Source: Clostridiales bacterium (GTDB taxonomy: Bacteria > Bacillota > Clostridia > Christensenellales > UBA1242). Taken from it: a stretch of 64,000 nucleotides of DNA. Positions 11,842 through 21,132 of this stretch are shown here, in pieces (within the stretch, counting starts at the first letter, position 1; each line of letters begins with the position of its first letter). The stretch is from assembly GCA_015069325.1 (NCBI GenBank), contig SVIV01000001.1, forward strand, positions 168,052 through 232,051, given 5' to 3'. Both the position numbers and the translations under genes were made by a program. The notes beneath the pieces are model-generated. The model made no database searches and was not told the DNA's origin. It was given only the letters and a program-made list of their open reading frames with translations.

Positions 11842-11873
11842 TTGACAAAACAAAAAAAATATCATAATATAAT
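11842..11873 (+). promoter_or_regulatory. Strong sigma-A-type promoter driving tRNA-fMet
   Basis: TTGACAAAACAAA...ATAATATAAT. TTGACA, then 17 nt, then TAATAT. Near-identical architecture to the rpmG promoter at 32194-32225. Confidence 0.6.
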
Positions 11874-11898
11874 AGAGAAGTTAATTCTTCTCAGATAT

Positions 11899-11975
11899 CG
11901 CGGGGTAGAGCAGCTCGGAAGCTCGTCGGGCTCATAACCCGAAGGTCGTTGGTTCAAATCCAATCCCCGCAACCA
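11899..11975 (+). tRNA. Initiator tRNA-fMet (anticodon CAU)
   Basis: 77 nt cloverleaf ending in CCA. C1xA72 mismatch (CGCGGGG...CCCCGCA-A-CCA). Three G-C pairs at the bottom of the anticodon stem (TCGGG CTCATAA CCCGA). T-loop GGTTCAAATCC. Confidence 0.9.
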
Positions 11976-11979
11976 GTTT

Positions 11980-12004
11980 AGCACGCGAAAGGGCGTGCTT
12001 TTTT
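11980..12004 (+). terminator. Intrinsic terminator after tRNA-fMet
   Basis: AGCACGC gaaagg GCGTGCT followed by TTTTT. Confidence 0.7.
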
Positions 12005-12110
12005 ATTGTTTATCTCGACATATTTAAACTCATTAAACTATAAAAAAATACTGAAAACGTTTTGATAAAATGTTTTAATATGATAACATCTTATTATAAA
12101 AGGGACTTAT

Positions 12111-14777
12111 ATGTGGGGATCTGAAAGAAAAGAAGAAATATTTAAAAAATTAAATACTAGTGAAAATGGATTGTCTCAACAACAAGCAGATGAAAAGCTA
12201 AAAACATTAGGCAAGAATGTTTTTCCCAAAAACAAACAAAAAAGTTTATTTAAGGTTTTTTTATCACAATTCAAAAACACTATAGTAATTATTTTATTAT
12301 TAGCTACAGCTTGTTCTCTCATCATTGGTGAATATGTTAATGCAATATTTATTGGACTTGTTGTTGCTATTAATTCCATTATAGGAACAATTCAAGAATA
12401 CTCTGCTGAAAAAAGTGCAGAGAAATTGCAGAATATGATTAAAGTAAATGTCTCAGTTTTAAGAAATGGTGTCAAATATGTCATTGATGCAGAAAATATT
12501 GTAGAAGGAGATATTGTATATTTAGAATCTGGAAGTAAAGTCCCTGCAGATATTCGATTAATATCTGCTAGTGATTTAAGTGTAGATGAATCTATTTTAA
12601 CAGGCGAATCTGTTGCGGTGCAAAAAACAGATGAAATAATTAGCGAAAGCAATAAGCACTTTTCAAAAAACATTGTTTACGCAGGCACAATAGTATCAAG
12701 TGGTAGAGCTGTAGGGGTTGTTATTGGAACAGGATTAAATACCGAACTTGGGAAAATAGCTAACAAGACTATTAATATGCAAAATGAATCTTCTCCACTT
12801 GTATTAAGAATCAATAAATTTTCAAAGCAAATAAGTATAATATTTTTAATTATGATTTTGGTATTATCATTTATTTTATATCTTAAGGGAAACAATGTTT
12901 ATGATATTTTCTTTTCAGTTGTTGCATTAACAGTTTCTGCTATGCCAGAAGGACTGTCAACAGGAATGACCATTTCCTTATCGATATCTTCCAATAGAAT
13001 GGCAAAGAAAAACGTTATAGTAAAAAAATTAAGTTCGGTAGAAAGTTTAGGAAGTTGTTCCGTTATTGCAAGTGATAAAACAGGCACATTAACAGTAAAT
13101 CAACAAACAGCAAAAATAATCAATTTCCCATTTGATGAAAAAATCCAAATAAGCGGAGAGGGGTATAACAACAAAGGTAAAGTCATATATGACAAATCAA
13201 ATGAATTTTTAAATAAAAATATAGATTTAATTACTAAATTAGGAGTTCTGAATAATGAAGGCCAATTAAGCAGAGTTAAAGGGGAATGGCTGAAATTCGG
13301 GGATTCTATAGATGTTGCATTTTTGGCTCTTGGTGAAAAGCACAAAATCAGGCAACTTGCCCAAGATATAAATTTATTGTCCAGAATTCCATATGAATCA
13401 CAAAATAAATATTCCGCTGTTATGTATAAAGAAAAGAAAAAAAATTTTATAACAGTTAAAGGTGCAACTGAAATCATTTTAGAATTTTGCGATACTATGA
13501 TATCCCCCCAAGGGACAATTCCCATCGATAAAGAAAAAATTATTAGTCAAACATATCAATTATCTTCATATGGTTATCGAGTCATTGCCCTTGCCTATTC
13601 AGAAACAAAACAAAAATCAAACTTAAAAGAAAAAGATTTAAAAAATATGATTTTTGTTGGGTTGGTAGGTTTTATTGACCCTGTTAGGCCTGATGCAGTT
13701 GATGCGGTTAAGGAATGCTTGAATGCTGGCATAAAAGTTTGTATGATAACAGGCGATCATCCTAATACAGCTTTTAATATCGGGAAGAAAATTGCCATAG
13801 CAAACGATTTTAGTGAAGTTGCCACAGGAGAAACGCTTGAATTAGAATACAAAAAAGGTTTAGAATTATTTGACAAATTTGTAAAAAATAAACGAATCTT
13901 TGCAAGAGTGAGTCCTTTACAAAAATTAGCTATAGTTGAATCATTTAAACGTCAGGGGGAATTTGTTGCAGTAACCGGAGATGGCGTTAATGATGCTCCA
14001 GCTTTAAAAAGTGCAAACATAGGGGTCGCTATGGGCTCTGGCACAGATATAGCTAAAGAAACAGGTGATATGATTATTTCAGATGACAATTTCTCTAGTA
14101 TTGTTGAAGGAGTAAAAGAAGGAAGAATGGCATATAATAAAATACGTAATATTATTTATATGCTTTTATCTACTGGATTTTGTGAAGTTATCTTGTATGT
14201 TTTATCTATTTTATTAAATATGCCTTTGCCACTTATTGCAATTCAATTTTTATGGTTAAATTTTATTACTAATGGAATAGAAAGTAATATGATGTCTTTT
14301 GAAAAGAGTGTTTCTGATGTAATGCGCGAAAAACAAAAAAGCACTAAAGAACAAATATTTAATAAAACGTTCATAAAAGAAATTTTAATATCATCCATTT
14401 ATATGGGATTGTTGGCATTTGGATTGTATTGTCTATTATATTTTCAATTTAAATTAGATATGACAGTTATCAGAACATATTTACTAACATTTATGGTATT
14501 TATTGAAGATATTCATGTTTTTAATTGCAGAGATGAGTATTTATCTGCATTTAAGTCATCGATAAAAAATAATTATTTATTAATTTGTTCAATAATAGTT
14601 TCTATTGTTATTCAAACTTCTATTATATTTATACCAACGGTTGCTAATATTTTTGGAATGACAAGCATATCATTTATAAGTGTGTTAATGTTGCTTGCTC
14701 TAGCTTCAACCGTAGTTGTCGTTATGGAACTATTTAAGTTTATCAACAAAAAGAAATTTAAAAAACAAGTTATTTAA
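12111..14777 (+). CDS. P-type (P2-like, Ca2+/cation) transporting ATPase
   Basis: 888 aa. TGES, PEGL in TM4, phosphorylation motif DKTGTLT, TGDHPNTA, GDGVNDAPALK. About ten TM segments. Confidence 0.9.
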   Translation: MWGSERKEEIFKKLNTSENGLSQQQADEKLKTLGKNVFPKNKQKSLFKVFLSQFKNTIVIILLLATACSLIIGEYVNAIFIGLVVAINSIIGTIQEYSAEKSAEKLQNMIKVNVSVLRNGVKYVIDAENIVEGDIVYLESGSKVPADIRLISASDLSVDESILTGESVAVQKTDEIISESNKHFSKNIVYAGTIVSSGRAVGVVIGTGLNTELGKIANKTINMQNESSPLVLRINKFSKQISIIFLIMILVLSFILYLKGNNVYDIFFSVVALTVSAMPEGLSTGMTISLSISSNRMAKKNVIVKKLSSVESLGSCSVIASDKTGTLTVNQQTAKIINFPFDEKIQISGEGYNNKGKVIYDKSNEFLNKNIDLITKLGVLNNEGQLSRVKGEWLKFGDSIDVAFLALGEKHKIRQLAQDINLLSRIPYESQNKYSAVMYKEKKKNFITVKGATEIILEFCDTMISPQGTIPIDKEKIISQTYQLSSYGYRVIALAYSETKQKSNLKEKDLKNMIFVGLVGFIDPVRPDAVDAVKECLNAGIKVCMITGDHPNTAFNIGKKIAIANDFSEVATGETLELEYKKGLELFDKFVKNKRIFARVSPLQKLAIVESFKRQGEFVAVTGDGVNDAPALKSANIGVAMGSGTDIAKETGDMIISDDNFSSIVEGVKEGRMAYNKIRNIIYMLLSTGFCEVILYVLSILLNMPLPLIAIQFLWLNFITNGIESNMMSFEKSVSDVMREKQKSTKEQIFNKTFIKEILISSIYMGLLAFGLYCLLYFQFKLDMTVIRTYLLTFMVFIEDIHVFNCRDEYLSAFKSSIKNNYLLICSIIVSIVIQTSIIFIPTVANIFGMTSISFISVLMLLALASTVVVVMELFKFINKKKFKKQVI

Positions 14778-14783
14778 TTTATT

Positions 14784-14814
14784 AAAAAAAATAGGGTAAT
14801 TTACCCTATTTTTA
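14784..14814. terminator. Bidirectional intrinsic terminator between the convergent ATPase and ABC genes
   Basis: aaaaaaaATAGGGTaatttACCCTATtttt. Confidence 0.65.
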
Positions 14815-16629
14815 TTTTAAATTCTCAGCATAAAACATATGCTTGAATTTTATATTATTTTCAAATAATTCGTCAAAAGTTCCAATATCAATAATTTTCC
14901 CTTCATCAAGAAAGAATATTTGGTCAGCATTTCGTATAGTTGAAAGTCGGTGAGCCACTATTATAATTGTTCCTTGTCCTTTAAGTGCGTCAATACTTTG
15001 TTTTATGTCTTCTTGAGCAAAGTTATCTAGGGAAGAAGTGCTTTCATCAAAAATTATGATAGGGCTGTTACGAAGTAGTGCTCTAGCAATTGCTAAGCGT
15101 TGTTTTTGTCCTCCTGAAAGTTTAATTCCGCTTTCTCCCACTTTGGTATCAATTCCTTCAGGTAAACTTGCTACAAAGTCAGTGAGAGATGCTCGTTTAA
15201 TGCAATCTGCAATTTCTTCATCAGTTGCGTCTTTTTTTGTAAGCAATAAGTTTTCTTTTATTGTCATATCAAATATATAAGGGAATTGATTTACTAGTGA
15301 AATGTTAGAACGGAGTGTTTTTTTGTCAAGGTCATTGATATTTACATTATCAATTAAAACTTGACCATCTTCAACTTCATACATTTTGGACATAAGGTTT
15401 AAAATTGTTGATTTTCCGCTTCCGCTTTTACCTACAAAAGCAACAGTGGTATTTGGTTTAATTTTAAAAGAAAGATTGTCGAAAATTTGATTAGAAGATT
15501 TGATTTTTCTCTCTGGTGGGTTTTTCTTGTATTGTTTTCTTTCTTTTTTAGTCATCTTTGATAGGTCAGGTGGATCTTCATAGTCAACGAATGAGAAACG
15601 GACGTTTTTAAATTCAAGTGCTCCATTAACTTTTTCTAAAGACACATTGCCAAATTTTTCTGAAGGAAATTCTTTATCATTATATAATGCGAAGATTCTT
15701 TCAGTAGAAATTTTTATGCTTGAAACGTAGTCTCCAATATTTCCTAAATTCCAAACAACGTTATATAATCCTTCGTAATTTTGATATACAAACATAAACG
15801 TTGCAGGCACAATTAATGACTTTTCCATAAGTGCAACGCCTAAGATTAACATTGTAATTCCAGTAAATTGAAGAAGAGTGTTTCTTATTCTAAAGTATGT
15901 AAAGTTTGTAACAGCAAGTTTATAGGTTGATTGATTATAATCTACATACTTTTCTCTTGCAACTTCGCTTAATCTTTCTTCTAATCCAAGAGATTTGATA
16001 TCCTTTTCGCTGCGCACAATTTCTGTTGAAAGAGAGTGGACTTTATCGTATTTTTCTCTTGTAATTTTTTGATTCTTGCGATAAGCTTTCATTCTTTTTG
16101 TTTCAATAAATGATGCGATTATTACTGCAACAATGATAATTAATCCAATATAAATATTTAAGAAAACTACATAAAGAATAATAGCAATTGAAGTAAGCGT
16201 AGAAGTGAGACAGTCCACTAAATTGACAACTTTGTTTACTATGTTTTCAGGTTCTGCCACCATACGTTGAACAAATGTCCCCGTATTATGTTCTGTGTAT
16301 GCTTTAGAACTTAATTTAAAAGATTGATTTGATATGTCATAATTCATTTTTTCCATAATCTTCTTTGATGTTTTTTGATAAATCAAAGCAGAACAGTGCC
16401 AGCATATTCCTCTTAAAAGATAGGTGGCGGCACAAATTGCAAAATAAATTATTGCTGTTGTGTAGTTTGGATTTTGCTGTGTTGCAAGAGCGGCTCCATT
16501 TGCGACTAAAATGCTTCCAATAACTACAGAAGCCGACCCAATAATATCTAATAGTAAATACATAAACACTGCGAGTTTGTGTGGCTTAAAATAAGACCAA
16601 AGATTCATTTTGTTAGTTTTTTCTTTCAT
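14812..16629 (-). CDS. ABC exporter, fused permease and ATP-binding protein (ABCB/MsbA-like half transporter)
   Basis: 605 aa. Six-helix TMD, then NBD with Walker A GKSGSGKST, signature LSGGQKQR, Walker B IIIFDE and H-loop AHRL. A Lys-rich insertion sits just before the NBD core. Confidence 0.9.
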   Translation of the reverse strand: MKEKTNKMNLWSYFKPHKLAVFMYLLLDIIGSASVVIGSILVANGAALATQQNPNYTTAIIYFAICAATYLLRGICWHCSALIYQKTSKKIMEKMNYDISNQSFKLSSKAYTEHNTGTFVQRMVAEPENIVNKVVNLVDCLTSTLTSIAIILYVVFLNIYIGLIIIVAVIIASFIETKRMKAYRKNQKITREKYDKVHSLSTEIVRSEKDIKSLGLEERLSEVAREKYVDYNQSTYKLAVTNFTYFRIRNTLLQFTGITMLILGVALMEKSLIVPATFMFVYQNYEGLYNVVWNLGNIGDYVSSIKISTERIFALYNDKEFPSEKFGNVSLEKVNGALEFKNVRFSFVDYEDPPDLSKMTKKERKQYKKNPPERKIKSSNQIFDNLSFKIKPNTTVAFVGKSGSGKSTILNLMSKMYEVEDGQVLIDNVNINDLDKKTLRSNISLVNQFPYIFDMTIKENLLLTKKDATDEEIADCIKRASLTDFVASLPEGIDTKVGESGIKLSGGQKQRLAIARALLRNSPIIIFDESTSSLDNFAQEDIKQSIDALKGQGTIIIVAHRLSTIRNADQIFFLDEGKIIDIGTFDELFENNIKFKHMFYAENLK

Positions 16630-16691
16630 ACATTTTCTCCTTTTATTTTATTTTTGTGTTTAGAGTTTCTCTAAACTTTTAAAGGACAAAC

Positions 16692-16722
16692 AAAAAACTT
16701 CCATAAAATCATACGGAAGTTT
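16692..16722 (-). terminator. Intrinsic terminator-like hairpin inside the ABC exporter 5' leader (candidate attenuator)
   Basis: Minus strand: AACTTCCGTAtgattTTATGGAAGTT followed by TTTTTG. It lies between the 25-codon ORF and the ABC start codon. Confidence 0.5.
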
Positions 16723-16736
16723 TCTTTCAATGTAAG

Positions 16737-16814
16737 TTAAAAAATATATCTCGCAAAAGAAGAATGTCCTATATGATTTTCGTGAATGTTTAATTGTTTG
16801 TGATTTAAAATCAT
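16737..16814 (-). CDS. Candidate 25-aa leader peptide MILNHKQLNIHENHIGHSSFARYIF
   Basis: Below the ORF-track size cut-off; found by hand. ATG is preceded by AAGGAGG with a 7-nt spacer, TAA stop. A TTGACT-17-TATATT promoter lies upstream and a terminator hairpin downstream. No homology evidence. Confidence 0.35.
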   Translation of the reverse strand: MILNHKQLNIHENHIGHSSFARYIF

Positions 16815-16862
16815 TGTTTTATCCTCCTTTATTTTTATTTTTTTATTTTTTTCGACAAGTTT

Positions 16863-16891
16863 AATATACTGTTAATTTTTAAAAAAGTCAA
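16863..16891 (-). promoter_or_regulatory. Sigma-A-type promoter for the leader and ABC exporter transcript
   Basis: Minus strand: TTGACT, 17 nt, TATATT. Confidence 0.55.
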
Positions 16892-16900
16892 TAGATTTTT

Positions 16901-16927
16901 AAAAAAAATATCACGGAATTGTGATAT
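16901..16927 (-). terminator. Intrinsic terminator after the methyltransferase gene
   Basis: Minus strand: ATATCAC aattcc GTGATAT followed by a T-run. Confidence 0.65.
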
Positions 16928-16938
16928 TTTGTTATTGG

Positions 16939-18093
16939 TTAATTAATTTTTATTTGATTTTGCAATAAATCATATAGTTTTTGATTAAAATTAAATTCTT
17001 TTTTCAAGTTTTCAACTTCTTGTAATTTTGATTTTTTTGTTGCTGATGAAATATTTGTTTTGTTTGCCCGTATAAGAAGATTTTTAGGGGAATGAGATAG
17101 GTCAACAAACTCCATTAGGTCAACTTTATAACCCATCACTCCAAGAAGATTGCATCTTATTGTATCTGTAAAAAGTGCAGATATTCTTTCCTTGACAATT
17201 CCATAACGGGTGATAATTGAAAAATTATCAGAGTTTATTTGACTATTGACTTCGTGCTGACAGCAAGGCACAGAAAATATCATTTTTGCACCCCAGTTAA
17301 TTGCATTGAAAAGTGCGTAATCGGTTGCTGTGTCGCAGGCGTGTAAGGTTACCACCATATCAGGTTTAACGCTTGGAGTATATCCATTGATATTGCCTAC
17401 TTCAAATTTTAGTCCATCATAACCATATTTTTCTGCTGTTTTATTACAATGTGCAATCACGTCTGTTTTTAAATCTAAACCAATAATATTTGGCTGGATA
17501 TTTTTAATGAATTTAAAGTAATAATATATAATAAAAGTCAAATAAGATTTTCCGCAACCAAAGTCAATGATGTTGATTTCGGTTAAGTGCTTATCTTTTA
17601 TGCTATCATCAATGATTTCTAAGAATCGATTTATTTGTTTAAATTTGTTTTGCATCGAAGCGACGATTTTTCCTTCTTTTGTAAAGACGCCAATATCAAC
17701 GAGTGGGGGAATGTCATCATATTCGTTTAAAAGATAGTTTTTCTTTCGATTATTTTCAGTTTGAACTTTTGCCAGTGAGTGAAATTTTGTTTTGTTAAAA
17801 AACAATTTGTTTTTCTTTGAAAATTTCATAGAGTATTCGTTTGTGTCGCCAAAGAAGTTGAATTGTTTAAAATTTTGACAACAGTCAGACAAAAAATCAA
17901 ATAAGTTTTTCTGACTGAGATTTTTATTAAACACTTGAGTTTGTGAATACTGAGAAACTAAATATTTGTCCTTAACTTTTTTAATTTCAATTTTTTTATA
18001 AATATAGTCCTTATTAGATAAATTGCTGATAACAATTTTTTGTATGTTATCAGCAAATATATCATTTAAATATGTTAAAAAATCTTTCTCCAT
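16939..18093 (-). CDS. Class I SAM-dependent methyltransferase (Methyltransf_32-like)
   Basis: 384 aa. Motif I IIDFGCGKSYLT, GLDL, and the LHACDTATDYAL segment typical of this family. Last gene of the ychF...glnS co-oriented string. Confidence 0.7.
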   Translation of the reverse strand: MEKDFLTYLNDIFADNIQKIVISNLSNKDYIYKKIEIKKVKDKYLVSQYSQTQVFNKNLSQKNLFDFLSDCCQNFKQFNFFGDTNEYSMKFSKKNKLFFNKTKFHSLAKVQTENNRKKNYLLNEYDDIPPLVDIGVFTKEGKIVASMQNKFKQINRFLEIIDDSIKDKHLTEINIIDFGCGKSYLTFIIYYYFKFIKNIQPNIIGLDLKTDVIAHCNKTAEKYGYDGLKFEVGNINGYTPSVKPDMVVTLHACDTATDYALFNAINWGAKMIFSVPCCQHEVNSQINSDNFSIITRYGIVKERISALFTDTIRCNLLGVMGYKVDLMEFVDLSHSPKNLLIRANKTNISSATKKSKLQEVENLKKEFNFNQKLYDLLQNQIKIN

Positions 18094-18115
18094 ATTTTTC
18101 CTTTAATTTTAAAGA

Positions 18116-19810
18116 TTATTTGTTTGGTTTATAGCCGTCTTTAAGAGAAATTGTTTTGTTGAATATAAGTTGATTTTCGGTTGAATCTTTGTCAACGCAG
18201 TAGTATCCTGTTCTCATAAATTGATATTTGTCTTCAACTTTTGCATTCTTTAAGAAGTTTTCTGCAAGTGCAGTTTTTTCAATTAATGAGTCTGGTTCTA
18301 AGATTTCACTGATAGCAACCCCATCTGAAAGTGCTTTTGCAGGGTTTGTGTATTCTGCTTTGATAAGATTTTTAAACTCTCTTACTTTAATTTCAAAACA
18401 GTTTTCGCTTGAAACAAAGTGAATAGTGCCTTTACACTTAATGCCTGAAGTGTCGTTTCCGCTCTTTGTATTTGGGATATATTCACATTCAAGGTGGTCA
18501 ATTTCTCCATTTTCTTTATATACAACTTGGTTGCATTTAATTATATAAGCGCCTTTAAGTCGAACAATGCCACCTTCAACCAAACGATTATATTTTGGTG
18601 GTGGGTTTAGACTAAAGTCTTCTTGTTCAATATAGATTTCCTTGCTAAATAATGCAGTATGGAAGCCAGCGTTTTCATCATTAGGATTGTTTTCAAGCTC
18701 GATTTCTTCAGGTTTTTCTGGGCCATTTGTAATAACTACTTTAAGAGGGTTAATTACCACCATTGCTCTTGTTGCAATTTTGTTTAAATCTTCTCTTACA
18801 TAATATTCAAGTGCAGAGTAAGGAACGGTTACTTCTAAGACATTTCCCCAGCCAACAGATTTTACAAAATCTTTAAGTGCTTTTGCTGTATAACCCCTAC
18901 GTCTCACGCCTACAAGGGTAGGGAAACGTGGATCGTCCCAACCAGAAACGTATTTTTCGTTTACAAGTTGTTTTAAATATCTCTTTCCAATTAATACATT
19001 TTCAATAGTAAGTCTTGAAAATTCTCTTTGTTTTGGGCCATAAGGTTTTTTCCAACCATTTTCGATAAACCAATCGTAAATAGGTCTATGGTCTAAGAAT
19101 TCTTTTGAGCAAAGGCTGTAAGTTACTCCTTCAAGTGCATCTTCAAGTGGGTGTGCAAAATCATACATAGGATAAATGCACCACTTGTCTCCCAAACGAT
19201 AGTGTTTTGCTCTTAAAACTCTATACATTACTGGATCTCTCATATTCATATTAGGGTGTTTCATATCAATTTTTGCTCTAAGAGTTGCTTTGCCATCTTC
19301 AAATTTTCCATCTCTCATATCTCTAAAGAGTTTTAGGTTTTCTTCTGGTGTTCTGTTTCGATAAGGGCTATCTTTTCCTGGTTCAGTCAAAGTTCCTCTT
19401 GTCGCACTTACCTGTTCAGGTGAAAGTTCACAAACATAAGCTTTGCCGTCTATAATCATTTGCTCTGCAATTTTATATATATCTTCAAAATAAGCTTCAC
19501 TTGCATAGATGAGTTTTTCAGGTTTATATCCAAGCCATTCAAGGTCACTTAAATAACTATCTGCAAATTCGCCTTCTTCTTTAAGTGGATTAGTGTCGTC
19601 CATTCTTAAATATGTTTTTCCGCCAAATTTAATAGCGGTGTCAAAATCAATTGTCCAAGCTTTTGCGTGGGCAATATGCCAATATCCACTTGGTTCTGGT
19701 GGGCATCTAGTAATGACTTCTTTATTTCTTCCAGATTTAAGGTCGGCAATGATTTCTTCTTCAAGCTCGTTATCTGGAACAATTTCGTCTAAATTGATTG
19801 TGTCGTTCAT
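18116..19810 (-). CDS. glnS: Glutamine--tRNA ligase
   Basis: 564 aa. TRCPPEPSGYWHIAHAKAW corresponds to the GlnRS RFPPEPNGYLHIGHAKS block. LRMDDTNP. RLTIENVLIGKRYL corresponds to the RLNLEYTVMSKRKL block. Long C-terminal beta-barrel anticodon-binding region. Confidence 0.9.
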   Translation of the reverse strand: MNDTINLDEIVPDNELEEEIIADLKSGRNKEVITRCPPEPSGYWHIAHAKAWTIDFDTAIKFGGKTYLRMDDTNPLKEEGEFADSYLSDLEWLGYKPEKLIYASEAYFEDIYKIAEQMIIDGKAYVCELSPEQVSATRGTLTEPGKDSPYRNRTPEENLKLFRDMRDGKFEDGKATLRAKIDMKHPNMNMRDPVMYRVLRAKHYRLGDKWCIYPMYDFAHPLEDALEGVTYSLCSKEFLDHRPIYDWFIENGWKKPYGPKQREFSRLTIENVLIGKRYLKQLVNEKYVSGWDDPRFPTLVGVRRRGYTAKALKDFVKSVGWGNVLEVTVPYSALEYYVREDLNKIATRAMVVINPLKVVITNGPEKPEEIELENNPNDENAGFHTALFSKEIYIEQEDFSLNPPPKYNRLVEGGIVRLKGAYIIKCNQVVYKENGEIDHLECEYIPNTKSGNDTSGIKCKGTIHFVSSENCFEIKVREFKNLIKAEYTNPAKALSDGVAISEILEPDSLIEKTALAENFLKNAKVEDKYQFMRTGYYCVDKDSTENQLIFNKTISLKDGYKPNK

Positions 19811-20400
19811 AAATTCTCCTTTTTAAGAAAGGCCAGCTTATGTTTAATTCTGCTAAGCCCGTTATCTATACTTTTTTTGCTAATAGAAGCAAGATTTGCA
19901 ATTTCGTTGTAACTATAACCCTTAAGATAAAGTGAAAATATTTTAATTTCAAGGGGAGATAGCACTTTTAAAATGGATTGTTTAATTTCATTGAAGTTTT
20001 CTTTTTCAATAACTGTGTCATCAGGAAGTGGTAGTGTGGACGGAATAATTATTTCAATTTCTTCGTCATCTTCATCATTTGATATTCTTTCCACCATTGG
20101 CAATGCTGAAGAAAGGAGTTTGTTTTTTTCAGAACTTGCCATTTTTACCGCTGTTTGAATTTGATGTTTTATGCAAATGCTTGCAAAAGTTTTAAAAGAT
20201 GCCGTTTTTGAAGGGGAGTAATGTTTGATTGCCTTATAAAGACCAATCATTCCTTCTTGAACAATATCCTCCATTTCTCCACCAAGAAGAAAATATCTCC
20301 TTGACAACTTGTTTACAAGCGATTTATATCTATGTAAAAGGTTGTTAAGTGCTTCGTCATCGCCTTGTTGGGCGATTAATGATAATTCTTCATCAGTCAT
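19807..20400 (-). CDS. sigH: RNA polymerase sigma factor, SigH-like
   Basis: 197 aa. EDIVQEGMIGLYKAIKHY matches the B. subtilis SigH region 2 block. Region 4 HTH YNEIANLASISKKSIDNGLSRIKHKL. Conserved position after rlmB. Confidence 0.85.
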   Translation of the reverse strand: MTDEELSLIAQQGDDEALNNLLHRYKSLVNKLSRRYFLLGGEMEDIVQEGMIGLYKAIKHYSPSKTASFKTFASICIKHQIQTAVKMASSEKNKLLSSALPMVERISNDEDDEEIEIIIPSTLPLPDDTVIEKENFNEIKQSILKVLSPLEIKIFSLYLKGYSYNEIANLASISKKSIDNGLSRIKHKLAFLKKENL

Positions 20401-20408
20401 ATCTTCAC

Positions 20409-21131
20409 CTATGAAAGTCGTTGCCTTACAACTTCAAATACTACAGCTCCGCAAGCAACAGATGCATTCAATGAGTTTACTTTCCCCATTAAAGGAAGAG
20501 AAACAACACCATCGCAAGAAGATAAAACTGTCTTTTTAACACCAAACCCTTCAGAGCCGATTACTATTCCAAGGGGAATATTAAGATTTTGCTTGTAAAT
20601 GCTTTGCCCTCCAGCTTCAGCACCAAACACCCAAATATCATTTTCTTTTAAATAAGAAATGGCATCTTTAAGGTTTGTTACCTTTGCAATTTTGACGTTT
20701 GATATTGCACCAGTGCTTGTGCGCACAACAGTTTCGTTTACCTGAACTGCACGATTTTTTGGAATGATAATTCCATCAACGCCTGCGCATTCGCAAGAAC
20801 GAATAATGGCTCCAAAATTATGTGGATCTTCAAGCCCATCAAGTAGAATGATGAAAGGATTTGTTCCTTTTTCTTTACTTACTGATAAAATATCTTCCAC
20901 ACTTGAATATTCAAATTCAACTGTTTCTGCAATATATCCTTGATGATGAGCGGTTTTGCTTTTTTTATCAAGTGCAATTTTAGGTAGATATTCAATTTTT
21001 ATTTTCTTTTGAAAAGCAAGAGCAATGATTTCATCTTTGCGTGATTGATAATTTTTATCAATCATAATTTTATTGATAGTTGCATCGCTTTCAAGAGCCT
21101 GTCTAACAGCATTTTTTCCTTCAATTAACAT
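20409..21131 (-). CDS. rlmB: 23S rRNA 2'-O-methyltransferase RlmB (SpoU/TrmH family)
   Basis: 240 aa. SpoU motifs DPHNFGAIIRS, LGIVIGSEGFGV, SLNASVACG. Synteny mrnC-rlmB-sigH. Confidence 0.85.
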   Translation of the reverse strand: MLIEGKNAVRQALESDATINKIMIDKNYQSRKDEIIALAFQKKIKIEYLPKIALDKKSKTAHHQGYIAETVEFEYSSVEDILSVSKEKGTNPFIILLDGLEDPHNFGAIIRSCECAGVDGIIIPKNRAVQVNETVVRTSTGAISNVKIAKVTNLKDAISYLKENDIWVFGAEAGGQSIYKQNLNIPLGIVIGSEGFGVKKTVLSSCDGVVSLPLMGKVNSLNASVACGAVVFEVVRQRLS

Positions 21132-21132
21132 T

